From Lenisia limosa (taxonomy: Eukaryota; Protista; Breviatea), in NCBI GenBank assembly GCA_001655205.1, contig LPNZ01011689.1, forward strand, positions 1-64,000: DNA of 64,000 bases, written 5' to 3'. The translations under genes and the position numbers were made by a program. The notes under the pieces were generated by a model. The model saw only the letters and a program-made list of their open reading frames with translations, was not told the origin of the DNA and searched no databases. Positions 1 to 12,439 of this stretch are shown here, piece by piece. Within the stretch, counting starts at the first letter, position 1. Each line of letters starts with the position of its first letter.

Positions 1-3000
1 CTTTGGCGCCACGCTCCAGTGTCGGATTTCTGCATTACGGCCGCGACTCCGGCCACAAACTCGTCTGGTGTCACCTTGGCCTTGTTGTCAGGCCCGGTCA
101 AATAGCTAACAACCTGAAAGGTCAAACAGGTTGTTCAGAAATGCAGGGGACTCAAAACACACCTTCGGGAGGATCTGCATGGAGTTATAGAGACTATCGG
201 AAATTTGTTTGTAGTCCAGCGGCATGAGACTTGGAGGCGTGATGCGGTCCTTGAAGTTCACAGAACTGAACAGCTCGTGGGCATCAATCATGTCAACGTA
301 GTATGGCACGGCCACGGCACTGGCTAATGTGGGGTATGTGTTGAGAACAACGGCGCAGCTGTCGCGAGGGAATTCGTTCTCTCCCTCAATAAATACCTCC
401 ATTCTAAAACGTTATCTTGAGATTCGAACAAGACTCATATTCATTCTAAAACGTCATCTTCTTGACAGTCGAACAAGACTCATATTCAGACCTGTTGCTT
501 CCAAAAAAACATAAATGACACTGGACCCCCACTTAGTGACATAGTTTACAAAAGCTCCTAACTCGTGACTGTCGATACATCGTTGAAGTAGCCACATGGA
601 CCTGCGGGTGGGGGGTGAGATGCTGGTACAAAGGTCAGATAGCAAGTAGAAAAGCCTCACTTTTGCACAGCCGTAACAACAGCACTGAGGTATTGGGAGT
701 ACATCAGTATCCGGTGGTCCTCCTCAAAGGAGTAGGAGGGATGGCAGAGGTAACTGTCGAATGCCAACCCATGATCGAGAATCTAGGGGAGGGGAAATAA
801 CAATTTCTGAAACTGCAAAAGAACTTAGTAACACTCTGAGATGCCGAGTGTATGACATGAGGAAACCAACCTTGTTTAGCGGTTTGGGGAGGTCGGCAGC
901 CAACACGTGGGACTTCTGTACAACTTCCTGCTTGACGCGACCGCTGTTGACAATGACAAGGATACTGGCTATAACACGGCCTTTTTGGAGACGCTAAATA
1001 GTCAAATACAGGGACGGTGCGTTGAGGCTCAACTCAAATGGCAGTGTGGGCTTCGGCCCAACTATTCCCACAGCCCACAGAGATTTTTTCGAACTCGGTC
1101 GTTTTGATGAACTTGAGAAGAGGACGGATCATGAGACACTTATCGCGGACCAAACCAGGTAAGAAGTTGGGCTCGGCTAAAATATCAAATTGGAGAATCA
1201 AGAGACTCAAGGAACTCAGGGCAAGAGCTTACGCTGCAGAAGAACTTCGAGAACAGCAGGGCTTATCTTCTCTGGTTTGAGCACCATATCCATGACCTAA
1301 GACGTCAGGAGGCCTGTGAACCAGAAGGCCTACATTGCTGGATATTGCCATTTTGGCAGCGCCCTTGTAGTTGACCAGCACTCTGAGGAGGTCGATGGCT
1401 TCCCTGCGATGTTACTCCACCACAAACCAAAACTAAATCTCCAAACAAACTCTCGGATAATCTGCTTGAAGAAGGCCTGTGTTGGGTTGTAAACGTTGCC
1501 GAACAGCGCATAATGAAGAACACCGGGGCTGGAGAAGTTAGGGAAGAGAACTTAACAAAAAGACTTATCAGTACAGTTTCGCAACCCTAACCTTGCAGTT
1601 GAAAAAAGGATGTCCTTGCCCTCAAGAGAGGATAACTGTGTCGGAGTGAGGCGCTAAGTCGGTCAGAGGTCCAAAAGAATAACATGATATGTAGGCATAT
1701 GATACGTATCATATAATAGTACACATCTACATACATAATATTAATATATCATATAATATAGCTATGTTATATCATATGTAGAGATGAAAAATAGGAAGAA
1801 TCGCCGAAGCCATTTACACGAACCGAGGCGTAAAAGCCCCAAACCTTTGCTGCCATTTTGAACCAGTTTGAAGTGCGAAGAACAACAGAAGCACGCAGCA
1901 TGTTCACAGCTGATAAGTCAAAACGAGTTCGAGTTCAACCCCCCTAATATAGTATGGGTTAACATTGTCACCCCCCCCCCCAACGATTAAATTCAGAATT
2001 GCTGATGATTATCTTGAGGTATTCGTTTTTGCCACTCAAATCGAGCATTCTGAATGTGTTAGACAATGGATACACTGTGGTGTGCATTCCACTTAGTGGA
2101 TACCTCAAAAATTCTGTCAACAATTCAGCGTTTTGGCTGAATTCTGATGGAGAAGACATGATCAAATTGATGAAGGGGGCGACATCAAGCTTGATACCCA
2201 GACGAAGCTTCCGATTCGCTATAGAAGTTAGAACTGACACACTTGTGCAAACCCTCTGTGAGAAACAGGTTAATGGTCACTTGATCAACTGACGCGAGCA
2301 TGGCTCCTGGCTTCGACGTCTGCAAAAGTGAGAAACTGACCGTTCCACTGGCGTGAGAGGGTACACTTACCCTTATGTTTTTGACCGCTCGACAAAGAGG
2401 GGGAACCTGAAGAGATTAGAACAGCAAAGCCAGAGCCATACAACAGTAGCCGCCAGGATTAGATGGTCACAGTCGTGAGAGGCGAAGCAGTTAGCAATTT
2501 GGCCCTCAAGAGGAATTAGGTCACCCATTTTTGCCTGAAGGTCAGCAAGACAGCCGCGGCCGCAAACCTTGAGGGCGCGTTCCAGATCACACTTCTGTCC
2601 AAGTATGTTGGTGTACTTGTCTTCCAGCATAAAATGATGTAGAAGGTTCTTTGCTTCCAGGGCTACGAGGGGATTATGAAAAATGTAACTCAAGCCCAGA
2701 TTAAGAACAAAGCCCAGATAGAGGGTGACAACAACCCAAATTAAGAACAAAGCCCAGAGAGTACCCACTTATGGTATCCGCGTTTGCAACAAAGAAGTGC
2801 CCAAGATAGGCAAGGGGGTTTATGTGCGATTCAACGAAACTGAACCTCTGAATCGGTAAAAGGTGGTGTCTTGAACAGCCTTCACTTACCTTATTGCAAG
2901 AATATCTCAAAATGATAGCGCCATAGAGTATGACAAAGGGCACTTGCCTACGTTCGTCATCTGACAGCAGTCGGCCTAAATAGTGATGGGAGGAGATACT

Positions 3001-5914
3001 GAACCAGTTCTGGAGACACAAGGCATTTCAAGCTCACTGTATGAGTTGATGTATGTATCAAACAACGCCTTGAGTTCAGGCTTGACCGCGACGAGTCGAG
3101 TGATGTACATGGTGCTCGTTTCCGAAGGCAGGGGGGCCAAACATGCATTAAGATCCATCATCACTTTCAGCATATTATCCACCTAAAGGGTCAACTCCGT
3201 TCCTCCATCAAATCTACAGCATGCCCCAGCCTGATGCTCACATCGCACTGCAGAGCCACTAAAGCATGAGATGAAATTGCAAAAGCAACGAGCAAACAAT
3301 TAGCAAGGTTAACCTGTTCCCTCCTACAGGTGTATTCTCCACGAAGGAACTTCTTATGTCTGTCCAACTACTCAATCAGAAAGCAACGAAATTGAGGATG
3401 CTTACATTCAGGGGCTTGGACTTGGGGTACGGGGTTTTCTGTAGTGGTGCCGTTTCAGTGAGGAAACCATGGGCCATTTTGGCGTAGGTTGTTCGGAAAG
3501 GACGGATCACCTCGAAGATGCATTTATTTGGCTGCTGGTGAGAAGGAAGTACACAAGGGCCTACCCCCTGGGTGATGCCTGGGATAATCCGTTTCAGCTT
3601 TGTTCTCACGAAGAGGGGAAGCATTGTGACTAAGTTGCCGCACTAGAACGGTTTAATACATCATGTGGGCAGAGACAAGAAAGAAGGACCAACCTCGGAA
3701 GACAGGTTCATTCTCGAGCACATGTCAGGGTACAAGAGTGCGTCGTATCTCTCCATGATATTCTGAATTTCAGGCGACACACAATGGTAAGTGGCCATCT
3801 GTCCTCGGAAGGTGTATTCGCCTTCCAGCTCCTCGCCAAGCTTAGTTCGGTATTCCACGTTCTCCATCTTAAACGTCAAAGCAAGTTAATATAGCACCTG
3901 TAGATCAAAACCGACAGCTTTATTGTGACGCAACAAGACCTTAGATATTCAATGTGAAACACTGCTCGTGATTGATCTCGTTTAATCTCGATAATTTAGC
4001 AATAAAACAGCACAAAAACCGCAAACTTGGTTGGAGGAGTGCGACGACTTGTTGGTGAGATTTTTGAGAAGGTTAAGGACATGTTTGTGATCTTCAGTTG
4101 AGCTACGGATGGCTTTCCATGTTGGGACGTTTTTCTAGAGAATGAGACTGCAACACCATCCAACCTTATCAATGTCGACAGGACCGATCATGTCCGTGTC
4201 CGTGAGAACAGTCAGTGACATGGCCAGCACTAGTTGGAACTGAATGAACAGGTCGGCTGTCAGCCCCATGCGTTTGAGTTTGTTCAGTTCAACAATGAGG
4301 TGAGCGATGGATTTGTTCTCAAGCCATGGAAACGTTTTGACTGAAAAGCAAAGGCTGTGAACACCGCGAGAGCTTGTCACTGAACTCTCTTGCTTTCGTT
4401 CTATATCACATGAGCAAAACTCTACACAGTGGTACCCCCCCCCCCGTCAAGAAGTAGAATAACTGAGTCTGTCATACCTCTGAAATCCTTCATCGGTGTT
4501 CTGTGAGGGGTCAAATGCCTGAGGCGTTAGCGGTGTTCCTGCATACAAAAGAGAGTGCATGAATAGTAATAATATAATACAAAAAAAACAAGGCCGCCGT
4601 CTTGGCACAAATTGCTTACATGACAGGCATTTTACGTGCAAATTCAGAGGCAGAGATTTCGGAATAAGAGCTGGTAAAGTGAGCCATTGAAAACTCGGAA
4701 GATACTTACCTTTGCTGACTGTAACGCTCTGTGTTCCTTTGCACATTTTCGTACATTCGGCTCATTTGTTCAGGTGGCAGGGTTCGCTGAGGCAAGTTGG
4801 GGTATTGATACGGTAGCGTGTGCGTGTACTTTGACTGTACGTTATGGTAGGGCTCAGGAAGGTCGTCATACAGCGACGAGTCAACAAGCTGGCTTGCTGC
4901 TCCCCATTCTAAAGGGGTGAGGGGTGAAAAATACACATTGGGATAAAAAAAAATACTCCCCTTTCATGACTCGACATTGTCACCAGGGCTTCACTTCGGT
5001 TCGAACACTCCCCTTTTATGACTCGACATTGTCACCAGGGCTTCACTTCGATTCGAACACTCCCCTTTCATGACTCAACATTGTCACCAGGGCTTCACTT
5101 CGATTCGAACACTCCCCTTTCATGACTCGACATTGTCACCAGGGCTTCACTTCGGTTCGAAAATGACCAGAAAAATACGATAGTTTTCGAAAATTTATCG
5201 AGAAATTCAGTCTTTTTTTCGAACCGAAACTGAAGATTGCCACCCAAAAAACCGATAGCTGCATAACTCACGAGTAATGCAGATACTGAAATCATGTGTT
5301 ACCCCCCCCCCTCTCAGTGCAAAAAGAGCAACAAGGACTCACGGGATTTGAAGGGGCTGGTAGAAGCGGCTTTGCTTTGCGGTCTGTTGTAGCTGCTTGC
5401 CGGCTGATTATAGTAAATTAGAAAACTATCGTTAGTAGAATGGTCAATACCCAACAAACGTCAGTGTAGCTTCGGTCAAATCCACTACAATGGTTAGTCC
5501 TTTCAACAACAGTGACAAAATGAAAATGGCTTCTTTAACCCACAAGTAGTCCTCATAGTCCGCGGCATTGGCGGCCATGTTGCTGAGGACAGCAGGGTCA
5601 GACTGTGCAGGTGCCGACGGCTGACGGTGGCGGTGNNNNNNNNNNNNNNNNNNNNNNNNNNNNNNNNNNNNNNNNNNNNNNNNNNNNNNNNNNNNNNNNN
5701 NNNNNNNNNNNNNNNNNNNNNNNNNNNNNNNNNNNNNNNNNNNNNNNNNNNNNNNNNNNNNNNNNNNNNNNNNNNNNNNNNNNNNNNNNNNNNNNNNNGA
5801 TAACAAACAAGGAGGTAATTGGTAAGCGAAAAGATTTGAAATTGTTGATGCATTTTTAGTGAATGTCAATCTGACAATTAGAGAGTACATATTCATGTAA
5901 GTGCATATTTTCAA
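1..5914 (-). CDS. Large multi-exon hypothetical protein, 3' part (runs off the left end; may be continuous with the 5950-12130 model)
   Basis: Chain of minus-strand exons joined by GT-AG introns, e.g. PGVLHYALFGNVYNPTQAFFKQIIRE|EAIDLLRVLVNYKG (~1340-1530), PLCRAVKNIR|TSKPGAMLASVDQ (~2250-2400), and ORF-track pieces 106-402, 1968-2240, 2976-3182, 3376-3624, 3661-3879, 4135-4380. No family recognised. Confidence 0.65.
400..488. repeat. Imperfect tandem duplication (42/47 bp) covering an intron 3' end
   Basis: cattctaaaacgttatcttgagattcgaacaagactcatatt followed by cattctaaaacgtcatcttcttgacagtcgaacaagactcatatt. Confidence 0.85.
4955..5161. repeat. 52-bp tandem repeat x4; each unit ends in the terminal inverted repeat of the adjacent MITE-like element
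   Basis: Units at 4955, 5007, 5059 and 5111: actcccctttcatgactcgacattgtcaccagggcttcacttcg(g/a)ttcgaa(c), with only single-base variants. Confidence 0.95.
5142..5235. mobile_element. MITE-like element, copy 1 (right TIR degenerate), intronic
   Basis: gggcttcacttcggttcgaaaa...tttttcgaaccgaaactgaag aligns along its length with the reverse complement of 37005-37100. Confidence 0.8.
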
Positions 5915-5949
5915 AAGTTAAATCAAGACCTCTTGCAACTTTAAAAGCC

Positions 5950-8900
5950 CTTAAACAAGAAAACACAAATTAAAACCATCCCGCACCAGGGCCCATCCCA
6001 CATAGTCTTCATCTTCCAAAGCGGATAAGGGTTCTGAAGTGTCATGTAAAGAACAGAATAACGTCAGTCAAACCAAAGAGCACCACCACCAACTTTGTTT
6101 CGCTTGACTGTCGCTCAGCATGGCGCAAAGCTCGTCACGTTCATCCTTATCGAGCAAGGCAACGTCTTCAGAGTCGATGCTGCCTGCGCCGCCGTAAGAG
6201 AACTTGTCCATGATACTCTCAACACTGGACTTGGTGTTGCCATTGGCGTTTTCGCAGTCGCTATTGTCGTGGGTGTATTGCTCATAGTCTTGCCTGATGG
6301 ACTGGCCGAAGATTTCTGTGACATCTCTGTTGACAAGGCTGGAGTCTTTTTGCGCTTTGGAAGCAACTGGTTTGAGGTCATCCATCAATGTCCCTAAGGA
6401 ATAAGGTAAGAAACAACACGTGAAAACACGCATCAACTTGATCCCCTCCCACGAATTTTGACGTCAAGGCTCTCGATTTCAGCAGGCAATTCCCTGAGCT
6501 CCTTGAGATGGGCCTCATTTTTCAGACGACTTTCCCTCAAAATAGCTTGGAGTTTAGGGGTGTACTTAGCCTCGCAAGCTTCCCTGTGCAGACCCGCTGC
6601 CTCAGTGTCGGCATGTTCCCTCTGGAACGTGCACTCGCGATCGTTGGTGGGGGTGAACATGGCGTCATCACTCGACTCGTTGGTAGAGAAGAACTCATCG
6701 TCACTTCCCTCTGCTGGAGATGGCCGCGGCGGACTGCTACTAAAATCATCAATATCTGTGTAAAGCATCCCAGTGTTGGTAAAAATAATATCCTAGCTAG
6801 TTTTACCCAGTCAAGTGACTCACATTGGAAGAGGGGATATAGTGTCATTGAAGATGGGGTTCTGGGTCTGGAGAGCGTCTTTGAGAGGAACAGGGGAGGA
6901 GCTTTCGGAAGATGAAGACATTTTACGTCTTGCTGGAGGCTGGATAGGGTAAAACATACTAATAAATCGCAAAACATAAAAAGTGAATTACATTCATGAT
7001 ATTGCTTTGTTCCCTGATCCTTGATCATGCCCCCCCCCCCCCCNNNNNNNNNNNNNNNNNNNNNNNNNNNNNNNNNNNNNNNNNNNNNNNNNNNNNNNNN
7101 NNNNNNNNNNNNNNNNNNNNNNNGGAAGCAGGGTCGGCATCGTTGTCGGAAGCGGAAGCGGAAGATGACGTCGCCAGAGGGCGGTATGAGCGGGATGGTG
7201 GGGGTGGGGATGAGTCATCATCGGAATCATCGGACTTGGCATCGGCTATGACAGTCCGAGAAATGGCCCGAGATGTTGCGAGTGAGGGAGTGTAGACGTG
7301 GGGCTGTGGAGACGGTGTGGCATGGAGGGGTGTGGACCGTGACGATGAGAGTTGCGGCGGTTCACTCGAAGACGACTCACTGTCCAAACTCAGATCACTA
7401 TCTGACTCCTAAATAATCAGTACCAAGCTGAAAAGGCCAGGCAAGAGAACGACCAGGCCAACTTCGATTTGTGTTGGTTCAGGGGGGCAGTCATCTGATG
7501 CGCTATCGCAGTCGCTTTTGGCCATGATAATAGTGGAGGCTTTTGAGTCGTCGGAGTGCAATTCTTCAGCCTGTACAAATCAGCCAAAAGAGACGGCCAA
7601 AAAGAGATGACTAAAAAGAGACGGCGATTCTAACCCACCGTCAGGTAGTCGTATTCAAGACGAACGGTATTGAAGCTCAGCATAGGTTCAAAGTGGATTT
7701 TGTCCAAAAAGGAGGCCATGAACGATACCTGAAATGTCACTGAGAGCTCAGATCACTTACAGAAAACTCAAAGTCGTGTTCGCACAGTATCCTGAAGTCC
7801 TTAAAATATTGTCCAAGTTTGAGTGGAGAAACCAAGCGGTCACGGGTGATGACAGCCCGGATGAAAGATTGCTGGAATGGTGAGATGTTAACGTCCTTTT
7901 GTATTAAATGGCATAATACAAACATATACTGTATGTATGATATTAGAAGCGTATCATATAAAACAAGGACTCACAATGCTTGAATAGGCCTCAGGAATAA
8001 ACACTTGAACAGGTTCCCCCCTTAAAAGTCAGAGCCATCAAGTGAGTGTTGCCATCAGGAACTCAAAACTGTCAACAGACCTCATGATAACTAGAGCGAT
8101 GACATAGGGATTTCCACGGATCTTCAATTCGTCGAAGTTGTTGTAGGCGTCCAGCACCAAGTCTGCTGAGACCTTCCTCCAGTTTTCATGCATTGGATAC
8201 AATTCTTTGTGTTGAAGAGCGGAGATAAAGAAGTCTACAACAGATTATGGTCCAACAAAACGATTACCTCTCTTGTGCCTTTTGATTTCGTGCGGTCCAA
8301 AGTAGTCGAGTGCCCAAAGGATTGAAGGAACATAGCTTATATCCGAAAAACCCTTGCACAGTGTGATATAGTGCTTCAAGACAATCACATTATTGCTGTA
8401 TTGCCGCTGGTTTTGAAGAATTGGTGAAGAAAAGAGCAGGGAGAAGTCCTTTGGGTCGCTGCACTTTTGAATGCAGGATATCAATTGCTCCTGAGAAATT
8501 AAAGTCAAAAAACATAATACAAGGACGAAGCCCTTTAATCATCCCCTCAAACAAAATAATTGTCATTGGTATTGGAAGGAAGGAAATTCATGAGTTTGAT
8601 GAAGAACTTCTCCAGCACGAATTGACGCATCCTTGAGGCGTGGCGCCAAAACTGGAAGAAGAACGTCTGGAGGCCCTGGTCTGCATAGGAAATGAGCTTG
8701 AGAAGTCGGACATTGCCAGACACATCAAGCTCAGTGTCAGAAAGCTGTGAGGATAAGAGGAACAGCAGAAAACGATCCTACCAAGTGCGGGAGATGAGAG
8801 CAAAAAGTGAAGATCTGTACTAAGTCCTCGCTTGCAATTTCCGCCAAACGCTTCATTTCTTGAACAAACTGGCGTGGGGGTAAAGGAAACTGGCGTGGGG

Positions 8901-11900
8901 GTAAAGGAATCGATGAAGAATAAAAGTTGATAGGTACTACCACGAACCTAGTAATCTGCAAAAACAAAAACAAAGCAATTATGATCACCACTCATTGAAG
9001 GCAGATAAAAAAACGATAGTGAAAAAAAGAAAAAAGAGAGAGCCAGTGGGTCAAGAGGCAGAAATGGCAGTTGTATCCATCAAATATTCCAAGGAAGCGT
9101 GGGAGAATAAGTGCTTACCTTTCGATGCGAAACGTCGTTAGAAGTATTGGAAGTCTGTAGAGTCAGAAATTATTATCAGTCCCCATCCAATGACCTGGAC
9201 CGCCCCCCCCCCTTACGCCAAGGCACCCAATGACCTGGAAGAAGACCTCCATGAGAACCGTGATTTTGGGTTCACTACACAGTGAGAAGGGGAACGAGCC
9301 AGCATACCAAGGGCTGCGGAGGGTGAAAAACTCAGTGGGGAATTCAGGCTCCAGCGTGGCAAAGTGACCGGATGTTGTTGGGTACTCCAGCACGTCTTTG
9401 AGTAGGAGCTAGAGAAGTGAGACGGCTGAGGTTCTCAAAACCTTTGTTTCGTTGTTTTTGGTGACAAAGAACTTCCACCAGTTCTGGCGCGTTGAGGGGC
9501 TTAAGTACATTTGACGCAGCTCTTCACAGTGCATAAGCGGGAGAATGCAGTGCTAAGGGTGAATGAGATTCAATAATGCCAAGCCTTACTCGCTTTGTAT
9601 TGATTTGGTGAGCAGAGTATGGGAAGCCTTGGCTAATTAGGTACTCAGCAAGCTTCGGGTTAAGGATCGCAACGGCATTGGCCAATGGGATGGAGCACTA
9701 GACGATGAGCAAATCGTTTAGTAACAGTAAAGAAAAACAGGGGTGACACCCTACCGTATCAAATCGTTTATCAAGATTGTTTTCTCCCTCCATGCCAGGG
9801 GAGCCTAAAAGGGTAATGTTTGTACAACTTAGACTCCAAGACAATACTCACAAGTCCCCCCGGGGCCTACATTTGGAATAGACCAAAAAGGACTCAATCT
9901 CTTGACTTCTAAAAAGAGCGACCATGGAAGAAGCCGATGTCATCATTTCTACAAAGTAACAAACAAAACCCTTCCTAAAAGCTAGGAACTCGAGATTTCA
10001 CTCAACCAACTTTTGGCCTTTTCAAGAGTAGTGATAACTAGCAACGTCTTCAAGTTACTGAGTTGAGTGTGGTATGAGTGGTCTGTGGAGTGAGGCAATG
10101 AACGATAAGCAGAATAGGACCGCCCTCCCCACCACTCCACGCAATGCCAAGAAAAGCCAAGAACTGTAGGACCGCCCTGTCTTTGAAAAGGGCGTTTTTG
10201 AGGCTACGGTTAACCTCCTGCGTGTTGAAGCACATCAGTCCCATTATCACAAAGAGAAGAGACCTTGGAATACTCTCTGAAACAGAAGACGTGACACAGT
10301 CGAGCATTGCTTTGCGAATTTCATGACCTGGTGCATAAAATTAAGAATAAGTAGTCAAAGCCAATATTTGATTGCCGCCTTTACGCCAATCTTCATCCAA
10401 CATTGAACGTTCCTTGGTTACCCCCCCCCCCCAACTGTCCTGCTGCCTTCGTTTTTGGAGGCTGTCTCGAACACTGATAAACGAACTGAAGTTCCTCAGG
10501 CTATTGTGGATGTTCTTCTTGTTGAGGGCGACCACGGTCGTGTCCATCTTCTAAGATGGATAAGAGTTGATCAAAAACTCGGTGGGGGAGCATAAATAAG
10601 AAGGATGAATTTCATTGAAAGCAAGGAAAGAAAAAAGAGAAAAAATCAGCAGCAAACTCACATTATCAACTTGAAAGAGGCTATTTTCAAGAGCTAACTT
10701 ATGGAAAAGCTGTTTCAGACTTTCCATGCTCTCGGCAGGAAAGTGAGTAGAGCGACTAATAGTGAGGTAGTCCCTCATTTTGCCTTGTCTGAGGAGGACT
10801 TTCTGCTTAAACAATTCTACTCTTTTACTATTATATTCTGGTCAGGAAAAGGCCACAAGAAGGGGACTACAACCATCCTTGCTAGACCATTGTCAATCTC
10901 CCTTTCAAACTGTCCTTCCTTCCTTACTTATTGCAGCCCCTAATAATAACCTAATAATAGTGTGTAATAATAACACGTAGTTACTCCTGCTTTCTCTCAA
11001 CTTTCTCTCCTCCAAAAATTTAAACAAAATGCCTCGAATAAATGGGGGTCGGCCCAACCAAAAATAGTGCTTTATTGCTTTGTGCTGATCGCAGAGGTTG
11101 CTTCAAGGGGCTGAGACTCCCAGAAAAACATACAGTCAGTTTGCCATTGATCGATAAGTGGAATGTGACTGATCTTGTGTTGATCTCTAGTTGATCTCAA
11201 ATTGATCGATGTAATGATCTCTCAGCATGATCTCAACTTGATTCGATGGGTTCGATTCTCGCAGCATCTGTTTTTTTTAGTGGGTTTTTTTAAGCACATC
11301 GCCCCAACCCCAACCAAGTGAGGAGGAGAAAGGGAGAGGAAGTGGAGAGAGGAAGTTTGCTGCAGCAAGCTGTTTGATGATCTTAGTATTGATCTCAAGA
11401 TGATCGTAATGATCTTTGAAGTGATCTCATAATGATCGTGTGTTTTTCTGGAGTCTCCCCCATGGGGTGTATATATCTTTGGNNNNNNNNNNNNNNNNNN
11501 NNNNNNNNNNNNNNNNNNNNNNNNNNNNNNNNNNNNNNNNNNNNNNNNNNNNNNNNNNNNNNNNNNNNNNNNNNNNNNNNNNNNNNNNNNNNNNNNNNNN
11601 NNNNNNNNNNNNNNNNNNNNNNNNNNNNNNNNNNNNNNNNNNNNNNCAAGGAATATTAACCGCTGGTCTCAACTAGAAAAATGGCGAATAGTCCTGTTGC
11701 GGGTAAGTCTCCGATATTGTGTCATCTCCATCAGACGTCCAGGCTCTCCTGGCCTCGACCACAACAAAGCCGGAGCTTCCTCTCTTCTGCTCCTGCCAAG
11801 ATGCGATTATTTACGCTTTCGACGAGAGACTTCAAGTTAGTGTTGTCTTCCAATTTATTNNNNNNNNNNNNNNNNNNNNNNNNNNNNNNNNNNNNNNNNN

Positions 11901-12130
11901 NNNNNNNNNNNNNNNNNNNNNNNNNNNNNNNNNNNNNNNNNNNNNNNNNNNNNNNNNNNNNNNNNNNNCCGTCATCCATGTCCGAATCGGAGGTAAAGAG
12001 TAGTATTTGCTACTCAATCGGTTCAGAAAGAGGAGGTCTTGTTCCTCAGAGGATTGGTTGGACTTGGAAAACTTGCCTGTATGGGACTTATGGAGTAAGT
12101 TGGGTGATACTGAGGCCTTTTGAATCAAGG
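5950..12130 (-). CDS. Large multi-exon hypothetical protein with an S/D/E-rich low-complexity region (~5950-7600) and helical-looking exons (~7700-10900)
   Basis: Minus-strand exons with GT-AG borders, e.g. AEELHSDDSK...KLA|ESDSDLSLDSESSS, DFFISALQHKELYPMHENW..., FVQEMKRLAEIASED; ORF-track 6068-6436, 6433-6768, 7025-7387, 10050-10307, 10551-10814. The start is uncertain because of N-gaps. Confidence 0.6.
8866..8909. repeat. Perfect 21-bp tandem duplication containing a minus-strand 3' splice site
   Basis: aaactggcgtgggggtaaagg x2. Confidence 0.95.
11148..11244. repeat. TGATC array with ~11-bp spacing (array 1)
   Basis: GATC at 11149, 11171, 11182, 11193, 11204, 11216 and 11229, each preceded by T. 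Confidence 0.85.
11378..11437. repeat. TGATC array with ~11-bp spacing (array 2)
   Basis: GATC at 11379, 11391, 11402, 11411, 11423 and 11434, each preceded by T. Confidence 0.85.
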
Positions 12131-12439
12131 GGTCTTATTGCTATAGGTGCGAAAACGAGAGGGCAACAACATTACCTCGTAAAAAGTTGGTTGTTGTACT
12201 GTTAATTGGGTCATTTACTAGTTGATATAATCATGACCTTTGAATGGTTTGAACCCTAGGGTGAGAAATAGCATTTCTGATAGTAAAGTCTTTTTATTTT
12301 GAAAAAAATGAGTGATTAGACTGATTGACCCTCACTTTCTAATATTTGTTTTATCTCTTCAGTTCCCAATTTGAGCCTCAAACTAAAGGTTTGTCAAGGT
12401 GAAAACTCCTAAGTATTATGTACAATTTCTCATTAATTT

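Noticed and set aside
761-997. Plus-strand ORF with E2F-like 'ITISETAKELSNTLRCRVYD'
   Set aside because: It overlaps antisense to a spliced minus-strand gene, lacks the conserved RRxYDxxNVL continuation and has no supporting exons.
4955-5161. Possible CRISPR array or tRNA T-loop (GGTTCGAA) cluster
   Set aside because: The units are contiguous with no unique spacers, there are no cas genes, the context is eukaryotic, and I see no cloverleaf or A-box.
11148-11437. GATC clusters as a bacterial Dam/oriC signature (contamination)
   Set aside because: They are embedded in spliceosomal-intron-rich eukaryotic sequence, with no DnaA boxes or bacterial genes nearby.
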